Below, one piece after another: positions 22,232 to 34,909 of a stretch of DNA of 64,000 nucleotides. The DNA lies in the NCBI RefSeq assembly GCF_044704955.1, contig NC_091997.1:66154001-66218000 (forward strand). Direction: 5' to 3'. Made by a program: the position numbers and the translations under genes. Each line of letters opens with the position of its first letter. The stretch's first letter is position 1. The notes below the pieces were generated by a model. It worked only from the letters and a program-made list of their open reading frames with translations. It ran no database searches and was not told where the DNA came from. This DNA is from Pristiophorus japonicus. Lineage: Eukaryota.

Positions 22232-22790
22232 AAAGAACTTGCATTTATATTGTGCCATTTATTACCTCAATGTCCCAAAGACAATGAAGTACTTTTTGAT
22301 GGGTAGTCACTGTTGTAATGAAGGAAACACGGAAGTCAATTTGCGCACAGCAAGTTCCCACAACAGTAAAGTGATAATGATCAGATAATCTGTTTTAGAT
22401 GTTGATTGAGGGATATTGACCCAGGACACTAGGGAGCACTCTCCATCCCTTCGAAATAGTGCCATGTGTTCTTTGACATCCATCTGAGAGGGGCAGACGT
22501 GGCCTCGGTTTAATGTCTCATCCAAAAGACGGCACCTCCGACAGCGCGGCGCTCCCTCAGTACTGCCCCTCTGACAGTGCGGCGCTCCCTCGGTACTGCC
22601 CCTCCGACATTGCGGCGCTCCCTCGGTACTGCCCCTCCAACAGTGCGGAGCTCCCTCGGTACTGCCCCTCTGACAGCGCGGCGCTCCCTCAGTACTGCAC
22701 CGGAGTGTCAGATTTTGTACTCCAGTCTCTGGAGTAGGATTTGAACCCACTACCTTCTGACTCAGAGACGAGAGTGCTGCCCACTGACAC
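22232..22790 (-). mobile_element. DeuSINE with 5 internal 33-bp units, in the probable NGRN 3' UTR
   Basis: Reverse-complement Deu core, VNTR and tRNA-like head, lying between the stop codon and the AATAAA pair. Confidence 0.85.
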
Positions 22791-23214
22791 TCAAATGTTC
22801 CACTTTCTCCCCTCCTCTGGGTTACATTGTGTGACTGCCCGTTGCTCCTGGTGGCCATTCTCTGTGAATGAAGGCCAGCAATTCAACTGTGAGAAGCATC
22901 ACCGCCAAGCCTGATCGGGACGGGGTTCTCTCCGCAGGGGTCAGCGGACGGTGATCAGGAGTGGGAGCCACTGTCACGCCAGCTGAGAGTTAACACAGCC
23001 TAGAGCAGGGGATTGAATTGTGTGGGTCAGGAAAGCCCATTCTGTTACGTTGGGCTGTGATTAGTGAAATCCTGGATGGCAATATTGTGCGCCGATGTCA
23101 CTGGGAAGGGCTTCCTCCTGTTCTGTTGCATTTTGTAAAACTTTGGACATCATCTATTTCAATATTTAAAAGCATCTGACCTGTTTTCTGTGGATGTGCT
23201 GTTATATCGACAGT

Positions 23215-23230
23215 AATAAACTGAAATAAA
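23215..23230 (+). terminator. Tandem polyadenylation signals, probably NGRN
   Basis: AATAAA at 23215-23220 and 23225-23230, about 1 kb after the stop, followed by U/GU-rich sequence. Confidence 0.6.
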
Positions 23231-23291
23231 GAACAATTGTTGCTGCTATTTTTAAGTAAACTGTGGAATCTTTTTTACTGCTTCAGTTTCT

Positions 23292-23912
23292 GGTTAGATA
23301 CAGAGTAAAGCTCCCTCCATACTGTCCCATCAAACACTCCCAGGGTAGGTACAGCACGAGGTTAGATACAGAGTAAAGCTCCCTCTACACTGTCCCATCA
23401 AACACTCCCAGGGCAGGTACAGGGGGTTAGATACAGAGTAAAGCTCCCTCTACACTGTCCCATCAAACACTCCCAGGGCAGGTACAGCACGGGGTTAGAT
23501 ACAGAGTAAAGCTCCCTCTACACTGTCCCATCAAACACTTCCAGGGTAGGTACAGCACGAGGTTAGATACAGAGTAAAGCTCCCTCTACACTGTCCCATC
23601 AAACACTCCCAGGGTAGGTACAGCACGAGGTTAGATACAGAGTAAAGCTCCCTCTACACTGTCCCATCAAACACTCCCAGGGCAGGTACAGCACGGGGTT
23701 AGATACAGAGTAAAGCTCCCTCTACACTGTCCCATCAAACACTCCCAGGGCAGGTACAGGGGGTTAGATACAGAGTAAAGCTCCCTCTACACTGTCCCAT
23801 CAAACACTCCCAGGGCAGATACAGCACGGGGTTAAATACAGAGTAAAGCTCCCTCTACACTCCCATCAAACACTCCCAGGGCAGGTACAGCACGGGGTTA
23901 GATACAGAGTAT
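23292..23912 (+). repeat. ~68-bp minisatellite, about 9 copies
   Basis: Unit ggttagatacagagtaaagctccctctacactgtcccatcaaacactcccagggcaggtacagcacgg. Confidence 0.95.
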
Positions 23913-24307
23913 GCATTTTAAGTGGCGAGGGTTGGCAAGCTTGTCGATAATGTAGGGCATTATAGTTGATGATGTCCTCATGCATTTTCTAACAGTTCTC
24001 CAACTGGTACCATTGCCCATTGGGATATGGCATATTATTAAATGAATGGATCACATGCTACACAATTACATGGACCATCCTGTATCCGGTAGAAAGTGTT
24101 TCAGACTAATCCTGTCGTAGATTATTTGCAGTTAGGACTTGAAAATGTCGGACAGCAACACCCTCAACGTTGTTCCAGATTTGCCCTGTGCTAAATAATT
24201 TGCACAACAACAATCTACAATTTGTGTAATTCTGCTCAAACGTAGCTTCCCTTTGTTACAATTTCTGGTCATGACTTTCTGCCAAACTCTCAGTTTTGCC
24301 ATTTTGC

Positions 24308-24950
24308 ACGTACAGCAAGCAATTAGGAAGGCAAATGGCCTGTTGACCTTTATTGCAAGGGTGTTGGAGTCTGAGAGTAAGGAAGTCTTGCTACAATTGT
24401 ATAGGGCTTTGGTGAGACCACACCTGGAGTACTGTGCACAGTTTTGGTCTCCCTATCTGAGGAAGGACCTACTTGCCTTGGAGGTGGTGCAACAAAGGTT
24501 CACGAGATTGATCCCTGGGATGAGAGGGCTGTCCTATAAGGAGAGATTGAGCCTATACTTTCTGGAGTTTAGAAGAATGAGAGATTATCTCAAGTAAGAT
24601 TCTGAGGGGGATTGACTGGGTAGATGCTGAAAGGTTGTTTCCCCCGGGCTGGAGGGTCTAGAACCAGGGGTCACAGTCTCAGGATAAGTGGCCGGCCATT
24701 TAGGACTGAGATGAGGAATTTCTTCACTCAGAGAGTTGTGAATCTTTCGAATTCTCTGCCCCAGAGGGCTGTGAAGGCTGAATCGTTTAGTATGCTTGAC
24801 TGAGATCGATAGATTTTTGGACTCTAGGGAAATCGAGGGATATGGGGATTGGGCGGGAAAGTGGAGTTGAGGTCGAAGATCAGCCACGATCTTATTGAAT
24901 AGTGCAGCAGGCTCGAGGGGCTGAATGGCCGACTCCTGCTCCTATAATTT
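24308..24950 (+). mobile_element. CR1 LINE 3' fragment
   Basis: VQQAIRKANGLLTFIAR...RPHLEYCAQFWSP. Confidence 0.9.
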
Positions 24951-25104
24951 TTATGTCAACTCTCATGTTGCAGGCTCTGGTCACTAGTTGCCATTGTAGA
25001 GTGTTTCAGAAGTCTCTTTCCCAACTTCATTGTCATTTTATAAAATCTTTCACTATTCATCAAGGGCTGCAGACATCACCTATAGACAAGGTTAGGAGAA
25101 ATAT

Positions 25105-28100
25105 ACTAGCAGTGGTGCAGAAGGGAGGGATTCAAATTCCTGGGACATTGGAACCAGTTCTGGGGGAGATGGGACCAGTACAAACTGGACGGTCTGCACC
25201 TGGGCAGGACCGGAACCAATGTCCTAGGGGGAGTGTTTGCTAGTGCTGTTGGGGAGGAGTTAAACTAACATGGCAGGGGGATGGGAACCTATGCAGGGAG
25301 ACAGAGGGAAATAAAATGGAGGCAGAAGCAAACGATAGAAAGGAGAATAGTAAAAGTGGACGGCAGATAAACCCAAGGCAAAAAACAAAAAGGGCCACAT
25401 TACAGCAAAATCCTAAAGGGGCAAAGTGTTTTAAAAAGACAAGCCTGAAGGCTCTGTGCCTCAATGTGAGAAGTATTCGGAATAAGGTGGACGAATTAAC
25501 TGCGCAGACAGCAGTTAACGGATATGATGTAATTGGCATCACAGAGACATGGCTCTAGGGTGCCCAAGGCTGGGAACTCAACATCCAGGGGTATTCAACA
25601 TTTAGGCAGAGAGGAAAAGGAGGCGGGGTGGCATTGCTGGTTAAAGAGGAAATTAATGCAATAGTAAGGAGGGACATTAGCCTGGATGATGTGGAATCGG
25701 TATGGGTGGAGCAGAATTCCAAAGGGTAGAAAACGCTACAGACCACCAAACAGTAGTAGTGAGGTTGGAGACAGCATCAAACAAGAAATACGGGATGTGT
25801 GCAATAAAGGTACAGCAGTTATCATGGGTGACTTTAATCTACATATTGATTGGGCAAATCAAACTGGTAGCAATGCGGTGGAAGAGGATTTCCTGGAGTG
25901 TATTAGGGATGGTTTTCTAGACCAATATGTTGAGGAACCAACTAGATAGCAGGCCATCCTAGACTGGGTGATGTGTAATGAGAAAGGACTAATTAGCAAT
26001 CTTGTGTGAAGACCCTTGGGGAAGAGTGACCATAATATGGTAGAATTCTTTATTAAGATAGAGAGTGACACAGTTAATTTGGAAACTAGGGTCCTGAACT
26101 TAAGGAAAGGTAACTTCGACGGCATGAGGTGTGAATTGGCTAGAATAGAATGGCAGAGGATACTTAAAGGGTTGACGGTGGATGAGCAATGGCAAACATT
26201 TAAAGATCACATGGATGAACTTCAGCAATTGTACATCCCTGTCTGGAGTAAAAATAAAACGCGGAAGGTGGCTCAACCATGGCTAACAAAGGAAATTAAG
26301 GATAGTGTTAAAGCCAAGGAAGAGGCATATAAATTGGCTAGAAAAAGCAACAAACCTGAGGACTGGGAGAAATTTAGAATTCAACAGAGGAGGATTAAGA
26401 GTCTAATTAAGAGCGGGAAAATAGAGTACGAGAGGAAGTTTGCAGGGAACATAAAAACGGACTGCAAAAGCTTCTATAAATATGTGAAGAGAAAAAGATT
26501 AGTGAAGACAAACGTAGGTCACTTGCATTCGGATTCAGGTGAATTTATAATGGGGAACAAAGAAATGGCAGACCAATTGATCAATACTTTGGTTCTGTCT
26601 TCATGAAGGAAGACACAAATAACCTTCCGAATGTACTAGGGGACAGTGGGCCAAGTGAGAAGGAGGAACTGAAGGATATCCTTATTAGGCAGGAAATTGT
26701 GTTGGGGAAATTGATGGGATTGAAGGCCGATAAATCCCCGGGGCCTGATAGTCTGTATCCCAGAGTACTTAAGGAAGTGGCCCTAGAAATAGTGGGTGCA
26801 TTGGTGATCATTTTCCAACAGTCAATTGACTCTGGATTAGTCCCTATGGACTGGGGGTAGCTAATGTAACACCACTTTTTAAAAAAGGAGGGAGAGAAAA
26901 CAGTTAGCCTGACATCAGTAGTGGGGAAAATGTTGGAATCAATTATTAAGGATGAAATAGCAGTGCATTTGGAAAGCAGTGACAGGATCGGTCCAAGTCA
27001 GCATGGATTTATGAAAAGGAAATCATGCTTGACGAATCTTCTGGAATTTTTTGAGGACTAGCAGAGTGGGCAAGGGAGAACCAGTGGATGTGGTGTATTT
27101 GGACTGTCAAAAGGCCTTTGACAAGGTCCCGCACAAGAGATTGGTGTGCAAAATCAAAGCACATGGTATTGGGGGTAATGTACTGACGTGGATAGAGAAC
27201 TGGTTGGCAGACAGGAAGCAGAGAGTCGGGTTAAACGGGGGGTCCTTTTCAGAATGGCAGACAGTGACTAGTGGAGTGCCGCAGGGCTCAGTGCTGGGAC
27301 CCCAGCTCTTTACAATATATAGTAATGATTTAGATGAAGGAATTGAGTGTAATATCTCCAAGTTTGCGGATGACACTAAACTGGGTGGTGGTGCGAGCTG
27401 TGAGGAGGACGCTGAGAGGCTGCAGGGTGACTTGGACAGGTTAGGCAAGTGGGCAAATGCATGGCAGATGCAGTATAATGTGGATAAATGTGAGGTTATC
27501 CATTTTGGGGGCAAAAACACGAAGGCAGAATATTATCTGAATGGCGGCAGATTAGGAAAAGGGGAGGTGCAACGAGACCTGGGTGTCATGGTTCATCAGT
27601 CATTGAAAGTTGGCATACAGGTACAGCAGGCGGTGAAGAAGGCAAATGGTATGTTGGCCTTCATAGCTAGGGGATTTGAGTATAGGAGCAGTTGTACAGG
27701 GCCTTAGTGAGGCCTCACCTAGAATATTGTGTTCAGTTTTGGTCTCCTAATCTGAGGAAGGATGTTCTTGCTATTGAGCGAGTGCAGCGAAGGTTCACCA
27801 GACTGATTCCAGGGATGGCTGGACTGACATATGAAGAGAGACTGGATCAACTGGGCCTTTATTCACTGGAGTTTAGAAGGATGAAAGGGGATCTCATAGA
27901 AACGTCTAAGATTCTGACGGGACTGGACAGGTTAGATGCAGGAAGAATGTTTCCAATGTTGGGGAAGTCCAGAACCAGGGGACATAGTCTTAGGATAAGG
28001 GGTAGGCCATTTAGGACTGAGATGAAGAGAAATTTCTTCATTCAAAGAGTTGTTAACCTATAGAATTCCCTGCTGCAGAGAGTTGTTGATGCCAGTTCAT

Positions 28101-28275
28101 TGGATCTATTCAAGAGGGAGTTAGATATGGCCCTTACGGCTAAGGGGATCAAGGGGTATGGAGAGAAAGCAGGAAAGGGGTACTGAGGGAATGATCAGCC
28201 ACGATCTTATTGAATGGTGGTGCAGGCTCGAAGGGCCAAATGGCCGACTCCTGCACCTATTTTCTGTGTTTGTAT
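25105..28275 (+). mobile_element. Long decayed CR1 LINE: end of ORF1 (esterase-like) plus frameshifted ORF2 (APE endonuclease and RT)
   Basis: ORF1 end WCRREGFKFLGHW...DGLHL; ORF2 NVRSIRNK, GITETWL, MGDFN, SDHNMV, FADD; several stops and frameshifts. Confidence 0.93.
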
Positions 28276-28391
28276 GTAACATTTTACATTTTCAAAGATA
28301 ATCGTACTTCTGCTCCCACGAAACACAGAATAACTTAAAACTACTGGACTGTTAAACTTCCAAGAATTTGTCTGTATTTTGTCCGGATAGA

Positions 28392-28565
28392 TCATCATCA
28401 TCATAGGCAGTCCCTCGGAATCGAGGAAGTTTTGCTTCCACTCTAAAAATGAGTCCTTAGGTGGCTGAACAGTCCAATATGAGAGCCACAATCCCTGTCA
28501 CAGCGGGGATAGATAGTCGTTGTGGGAAAGGGTGGGTGGGACTAGTTTGCCGCACGCTCTTTCCG
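28392..28565 (-). mobile_element. RTE 3' tail fragment
   Basis: tcatcatcatcataggcagtccctcggaatcgaggaag; similar to 13542-13700. Confidence 0.75.
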
Positions 28566-28683
28566 TGAATGGAATGTAAATTACTCAAAGTATCAAAGTA
28601 TGCTGGATTTTTTTTGTGGGTATCAGGTTGAACTGCAGTGTGTAACTGCAGCTTGCGGTGGGAAAGAGATTAAAGTTTTGAAA

Positions 28684-31510
28684 AGACTTGCATTTCTATA
28701 GCGCCTTTCACAACTTCAGGACGTTCCAAAATGCTTTACAGCCAATGAAGTACTTTTTGAAAAATAAAAAAAAGACTTGGATTTATATAGCGCCTTTCAC
28801 GACCACCGGACTTCCCAAAGTGCTTTAGAGCCACTGAAGTACTTTTTGAATTGTAGTCACTTGTAATGTGGGAAACGCGGCAGCCAATTTGAATACAGCA
28901 AGCTCCCACACACAGCAATGTGATAATGACCAGATCATCTGTTTTTAGTGATTTTGGTTGAGGGACAAATATTGGCCCCAGGACACCGGGGAGAACTCCT
29001 CTGCTCTTTGAAATAGTGCCGCGGGATCTTTTACGTCCACCTGAGAGAGCAGACGGGGCCTCGGTTTAACGTCTCATCCAAAAGACGGCATCTCTGACAG
29101 TGCAGCTCTCCCTCAGTATTACCTCTCCGACTGTGCAGTACTCCCTCAGTACTGCCCCTCCGACTATTCAGCAGTCCCTCTACTGCCCCTCCGACTGTAG
29201 AGCACTCCCTCAGTATTGCCCCCTCCGACAGTACGCCGCTCCCTCAGCACTGCCCCTCCGACAGTTTAAAAAAAAAATTATTTCAAAATATACTTTATTC
29301 ATATAAAAATTTGTACAGTACATTCAAAAGCAGTTCAGTACATTTAGCTGCGGTCAGCAATCCCATACACTACATTTGGGTGCTGATGGCAGTTCCGTTC
29401 GATACATTTCCTTGCTTTTTAGTTCAAGTACAATTCGGTACAATACGGGATACCTTGTAGTACATGCGACAAATTACATTCCATGTGTCACTATACAGTA
29501 CACGGAATGGGTGACGGTACATTTACACTTTTCCTTTCCAACGTGCATCACGAAACAGACCTTGCATTGTACATGGCACTACATAGGTGTTTACAGATCA
29601 TGGTGCTCCATGTACACAAAAAAGAAGTTACAAATACAGCCCGAGGGGAGTTTTGTACTGATTCCAGCCCCTGGGTTTACCGTGGCAGAAGGGCTTTAAA
29701 CTGTGGCCCTTCCCCACCGTGCCTTTGTGGCAACTGCACCAATTTTAAGTGCGTCCCTCAGCACGTAATCCTGGATCTTGGATTGCACCAGTCTGCAACA
29801 CGCAAACGTGGACATCTCCTTGCTCTGGAAGACTAGCAAGTTTCGGCAAGACCAAAGAGCGTCTTTGACCGAGTCGATGGCCCTCCAGCAGCAGGTGATG
29901 TCTGTCTGGGTGTGTGTCCCTGGGAACAGCCCGTAGAGCACAGGGTCCTGTGTTACGGAGCTGCTCGGGATGAACCTCGACAGCAACCACTGCATCTCTT
30001 TCCAAACCTGCCTTGCGAAGGCGCAATCCTGAAGGAGATGGGTAACAGTCTCATCCGCCCCGCAGCCGACTCGGGGGCACCGTGCCGTGCTGCTGAGACG
30101 TCGGCTGTGCATGAACGCACTGACGGGTAGGGCCCTCCTCACCGCCAACCAAGCTACGTCTTGGTGCTTGTGTGACAGCTCTGGCAATGAGACGTTCTGC
30201 CAAACGAGTTCGACAGTCCGCTCAGGGAACCACCCGACAGGGTCCACTCTCTCCTTCTTTCGTAGGGCGTCCAGGACCTTACGTGCTGACCACTGTTTTA
30301 TGGCTTTGTGGTCAAAGGGGTTTTTTTGTGAAAACCTTTTCCACGAAGGACAGGTAGACAGGCATGGTCCAGCTGGTGGGGCCGTTTCGCGGCAGCATGG
30401 CCAGGCCCATCCTTCGCAACACCGGGGACAGGTAGAACCTCAGCACGTAGTGACACTTGGTGTTTGCGTACCGGGGGTCTGTGCATAGCTTGATGCAGCC
30501 GCACACAAAGGTGGCCATCAGGATGAGGGCCACGTTCGGAACGTCCTTTCCTCCACTGTCCAGAGATTTGTACATGGTGTTTCTGCGGACACGTTCCATT
30601 TTGGACCTCCAGACAAAGTGGAAGACGGCCCGGGTGACTGCCGCGGCACAGGAGTGTGAGATGGGCCAGACCTGTGCCACGTGCAGCAACCCCGAGAGCA
30701 CCTCACTCCTGATGACCAGGTTCTTTCCTGCCATGGAGAGGGAGCACAGCTTCCACCATCCCAGTTTTTGCTTCACTTTGGCGATGCACTCTTCCCAGTT
30801 TATGGCGCACACCCCGTCCGCTCCGAACCATATTCCCAACACCTTCAGGTAATCTGGTTTAACGGTGAAGGGAATAAAGGATCGGTCGGCCCAGTTGCCA
30901 AAGAGCATAGCCTCGCTTTTGCTGCGATTGACCTTTGCTCCCGAGGCCAGTTCAAACTGGTCGCAGATTGTGAGCAATCTGCGGACCGACTGCGGATCCG
31001 AGCAAAAGACGGCGACCTCGTCCATGTACAGGGAGGTCTTGACCTGAGCGCCTCCGCTGCCTGGGATCGTCACCCCTCTAATGCCCGCATCCCTCCTGAT
31101 GGACTCGGCAAAAGACTCAATACAACACACAAACAAGACAGAGGAGAGAGGACAGCCTTGCCTGACTCCAGACCTGATCGGAAAGCTTTCAGTTTCCCAC
31201 CCGTTGATTTGAACTGCGCTACTGATGTCTGTGTAGAGCAGTTGAACCCAATTGCGGATACCCTCCCCAAACCCCATTTTGGAGAGCACGTCCATCAGGT
31301 ACGTGTGCGATATCCTGTCACAGGCTTTCTCCTGGTCTAAGCTGATTAAGCAGGTGTCCACCCTCCTGTCCCGCACGTAGGCGATCGTATCCCTGAGTGC
31401 GGAGCTCCCTCAGCACTGCACTGGGACTGTCAGCGTGGATTTTTGTGCTCGAGTTCCTGGAGTGGAATTTGAACCCACAACCTTCTGGCTGATGGTTGCT
31501 GCCCACTGAG
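28684..31510 (-). mobile_element. DeuSINE split by a Tx1 insertion (tail/core 28684-29263, head 31395-31510)
   Basis: 33-bp units stop at ccctccgacag(t) and resume at agtgcggagctccctcagcactgcactggga, followed by the tRNA-like head. Confidence 0.8.
29264..31394 (-). mobile_element. 5'-truncated Tx1-clade (L1-like) non-LTR retrotransposon
   Basis: ORFs 30312-31376 and 29696-30247: SLDQEKACDRISH, GVRQGCPLS, LYMDEV, and C-terminal CPRVGCGADETVTHLLQDC zinc knuckle; frameshift near 30320; AATAAA (minus strand) at 29294-29299. Confidence 0.9.
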
Positions 31511-31696
31511 TTGTGTGGGTTTGGGAGTTACTGTTCCCGAGGGAACTGCTCCCATTGCCAGGGTTTATTTGCTGCTGTTTGCAGGGACTATTCCCAGTGT
31601 TTTCTCTTCCCTGGTGTAGGGTTCAATCTTCAGGCGTCCCCTGCTGTGTGTGCAGCGTGTATCGGTTCTGCTCCGCCTCCGGACGCGGAAGCCGCG

Positions 31697-31808
31697 ATGA
31701 GTTCCGATGTGCAGCAGATTCTCGAAGCCGCAGATTTTGCTGCAAAAAAGCACAAAAATCAACGGCGCAAAGATCCAGATGGAACCCCGTACATCAACCA
31801 CCCTCTGG
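31697..31808 (+). CDS. HDDC3: HDDC3/MESH1 coding exon 1
   Basis: MSSDVQQILEAADFAAKKHKNQRRKDPDGTPYINHPLG, typical RelA/SpoT-type HD hydrolase N-terminus; donor g|GTaagg. Confidence 0.95.
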
Positions 31809-33852
31809 GTAAGGAAGGGATGCACTCGGCCTTATCCCCAAATCCAGCTTCACTCCTTAACAAGTTTCCGCGGAGAAATCCTTTTTTAAAAAAAAAAGTT
31901 ATTTCCACACTGAATAAAATTGCAACATTCTGTGTGAAAAATAACAAGTTTTCGATGCGATAAAAGTTACTAAAATTACTTCTTTTAAAGTTTAACTCGG
32001 GCAAACTCTGCACTTTAATTAAAATCCAAACGCTGGGAGGGGAACTGGTCAATTTCCAGCCTCCCCCCCCAAAAAATCCCAATCGATGGAAGCAGCGCCG
32101 GGGGGAGGAGCTGAATTTGGGCATTTTGTACTTAAAAGTTTTCAGTGAACTTTTGCAAAAAGTTGGAGCAGTGATTCTGCCCTGCATCCAGCTCCCAATA
32201 TGCTTTGAATTCTCCTTCAGTGCCCCTGGGCTGGGGGAGTAGAATTAAAATAAAAACCGAAATGCTTCAATTTTGCAGCCCAGGTGGACTCCCCATTCTG
32301 CGCTCAGAGTTGCTTCTGTTGAGAGAGGGGGAAATCAGTCATGGGCTCCAGATCTGGAGTGCATTGCAGTGACTGTGATGGCTGCCATGGTCAAACAGTC
32401 GACTCCCACCGGCTGCCTGGCTTCACACATGAAGAATGACCACTCGGGGAAACAAACCAGAGGAATACTGGCACCTGTCGGACTGTATCTTGCAAAAGGT
32501 CGTGATTTGGGGATGGAAACGATCCAGTTCTTGTGATTGGGATGTACCTGGGCAAGTGTGAGAGGTCGCTGTTGATTCGGGGCATGTGTGGTCTTTGTTG
32601 CAAATGAAAGAGACAGAAATAAATGGGAATGAAATCCTGGTAGAGGTTCATGCCTGCCGGAGAGGGTCAGAGAACTTGGTGGGCAGGGCGGGAGTGAGGC
32701 ATATTTTAATTTGTTCCATCTTTCTATACATACAGAACTTTTTTTGCAAGCAGCAAGGTGTTAGTCGAGGTAGAACGTGTCCTTTAGTTGCATGACTCTT
32801 GGGTTGGGCTCCACCTTAATCACAGAATGATACAGCACAGAAGGAGGCCATTCGGCCCATCGTTCCCGTGCCGGCTCTGTGAAAGAGCTATCCAATCAGT
32901 CCCACTCCCCCCGCTCGTTCCCCACAGTCCTGCAAATGTTACCTTTTCAAGTATTTATCTAATTCCCTGTTTGAAAGTTACTATTGAATCTGCTCCCACC
33001 GCCCTTTCAGGCAGCGCGTTCCAGATCACAACAACTCGCTGCGTGAAAACTCAGCGATCTTCTCCAGCAGAAATATCCCAGCCCTCACCCTCCACTCTGA
33101 ACTTGGTGCTTGGTCCTGTCAGCCGCTGCACCCCTGCTCTTTTAATGACGTTTAGCCCCTCGAGCCTGTTCTGCCATTCAGTGAGATCATGGCTGATTAT
33201 GATCGGGGCCCTGGAGAGGCGCGAGTTCAGGGCCAGAAGAGACGAGGGCCCAGGGACAGCACGGGCCAGGCAACACTGCGATATATGTGCGCACTAGGTC
33301 CGTGCAGCAGAGCAGGTCTCCAGTCGTCCTGGTTAACCCTTGCCACTGGATAAAGGCCTAGCTCGGTCAAGCCCGTGTGGTGGCTGGTGTGCAACAGCCA
33401 CCACACGTTAAAAAAATCCACGCACAGGCATCTTCCGCCCTTCAGGATGTAGTTCAGGACCTGGAATATTAGATTCTTCATCGAAACACCTGTGAACTCA
33501 TCCCTTTTTGGCGTGGAAGCAAGTCATCCTCGTTTCGAGGGACTGTCTATTATGATGATGATATGATATGCTCTTTCAAACTCCCTCTCCAAATCACTTC
33601 ACGTGGCTGGCTCCCTCCATTCCTGTACAGGCCTCCTGGCAGCCTATTCCCCTTGACTGTGGCTTCTTCCCACCTGTCTCCTCCTTTTCCCCCTTCTGAA
33701 GTTCCTCAATGTGAAGGGCACTATATAAATACAGGTTGTTGCTGTCTACCGTGACGCGCACTAGTTTCTCTTTCACCGTGTTTAGTTTGAAAGTTGCCCG
33801 ATAGGAACAATGCTCAGCGGGATTTATTCACTGTTTTTCTCTTTGTTTATAG

Positions 33853-33908
33853 GTGTTTCCCGAATCTTGTCCCATGAAGCTGCGATTACAGATGTGGTTG
33901 TCTTACAG
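33853..33908 (+). CDS. HDDC3: HDDC3/MESH1 coding exon 2
   Basis: (G)VSRILSHEAAITDVVVLQ; tatAG / cag|GTaaat; 56 nt, phases fit. Confidence 0.92.
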
Positions 33909-34412
33909 GTAAATGTCACATAAATCAGCGTCATCGCCATCACACCAAACCCAACTGTGCTGTCTCCAGGTTTCCGGTGGAATGATGTCCAGTATTGATT
34001 CCTTTCTCCTCTTCAGTAATGGCTTGGATCTTTTACACGTTCCCAAACAGACCACCGGTTGTATTCCAGAGAATGTACAGCCCAGAAACAGCCCATTCGG
34101 CACAACAGGTCCCTGCCGCGGTATCTGCTCCACACAAGCCTCCTCCTACCCTACATTATCTCACCCCATCAGCACAGCGTCTAAAAGAATCAGCCATGAT
34201 CTTGTTGAATGGCGGAGCAGGCTCGAGGGGTTAGATGGCCGACTCCTGTTCCTAATTCTAATCCTTTCATAATATATCATTATGAAAGATGGCAACTCGG
34301 TGTCGCCTTAGATTAGGTGCTCAAGTCCTGAAGTGAGGCTTAAATGCAGCACCTTCTAACTCAGAAAGTGAGTGTGTTACCAACTGAGCCTTGGCTTAGT
34401 TGGAGCTGAGAT

Positions 34413-34621
34413 GCCCGACACTGAGATATAACCCGACACTGAGATATAACCCGACACTGAGATATAACCCGACCCTGAGATATAACCCGACCCTGAGATA
34501 TAACCCGACCCTGAGATATAACCCGACCCTGAGATATAACCCGACCCTGAGATATAACCCGACCCTGAGATATAACCCGACCCTGAGATATAACCCGACC
34601 CTGAGATATAACCCGACACTG
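34413..34621 (+). repeat. 18-bp minisatellite, about 11 copies
   Basis: (cccgaccctgagatataa)n, ending ~47 bp before HDDC3 exon 3. Confidence 0.95.
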
Positions 34622-34668
34622 ACATTTGGTGCAATTGAGATTCTCTCTTTTTGTTGCTCTTTTGCAAG

Positions 34669-34909
34669 GCAGCACTTCTTCATGACACTGTTGAAGATAC
34701 AGACACGACGCTGGCGGAGATTGAGGAGAAGTTTGGAGAGAAGGTGCGCAGTGTTGTTGCTGAGGTGACCGATGATAAGTCTCTGTTGAAGGCGGAGCGG
34801 AAGCAGAAACAGATCGAACATGCCCCGCACTGCAGCTACGAAGCCAAACTGGTGAAACTGGCAGATAAGTTGTACAACCTGCGGGATCTCCAGCGCTGCA
34901 CTCCAACAG
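34669..34909 (+). CDS. HDDC3: HDDC3/MESH1 coding exon 3 (HD motif)
   Basis: AALLHDTVEDTDTT...EVTDDKSL...AKLVKLADKLYNLRDL; catalytic HD and ED residues intact. Confidence 0.96.

Noticed and set aside
23292-23912. Regularly spaced repeats resembling a CRISPR array (also 34413-34621, 48545-48990)
   Set aside because: Head-to-tail units with no unique spacers, no cas genes, vertebrate context.
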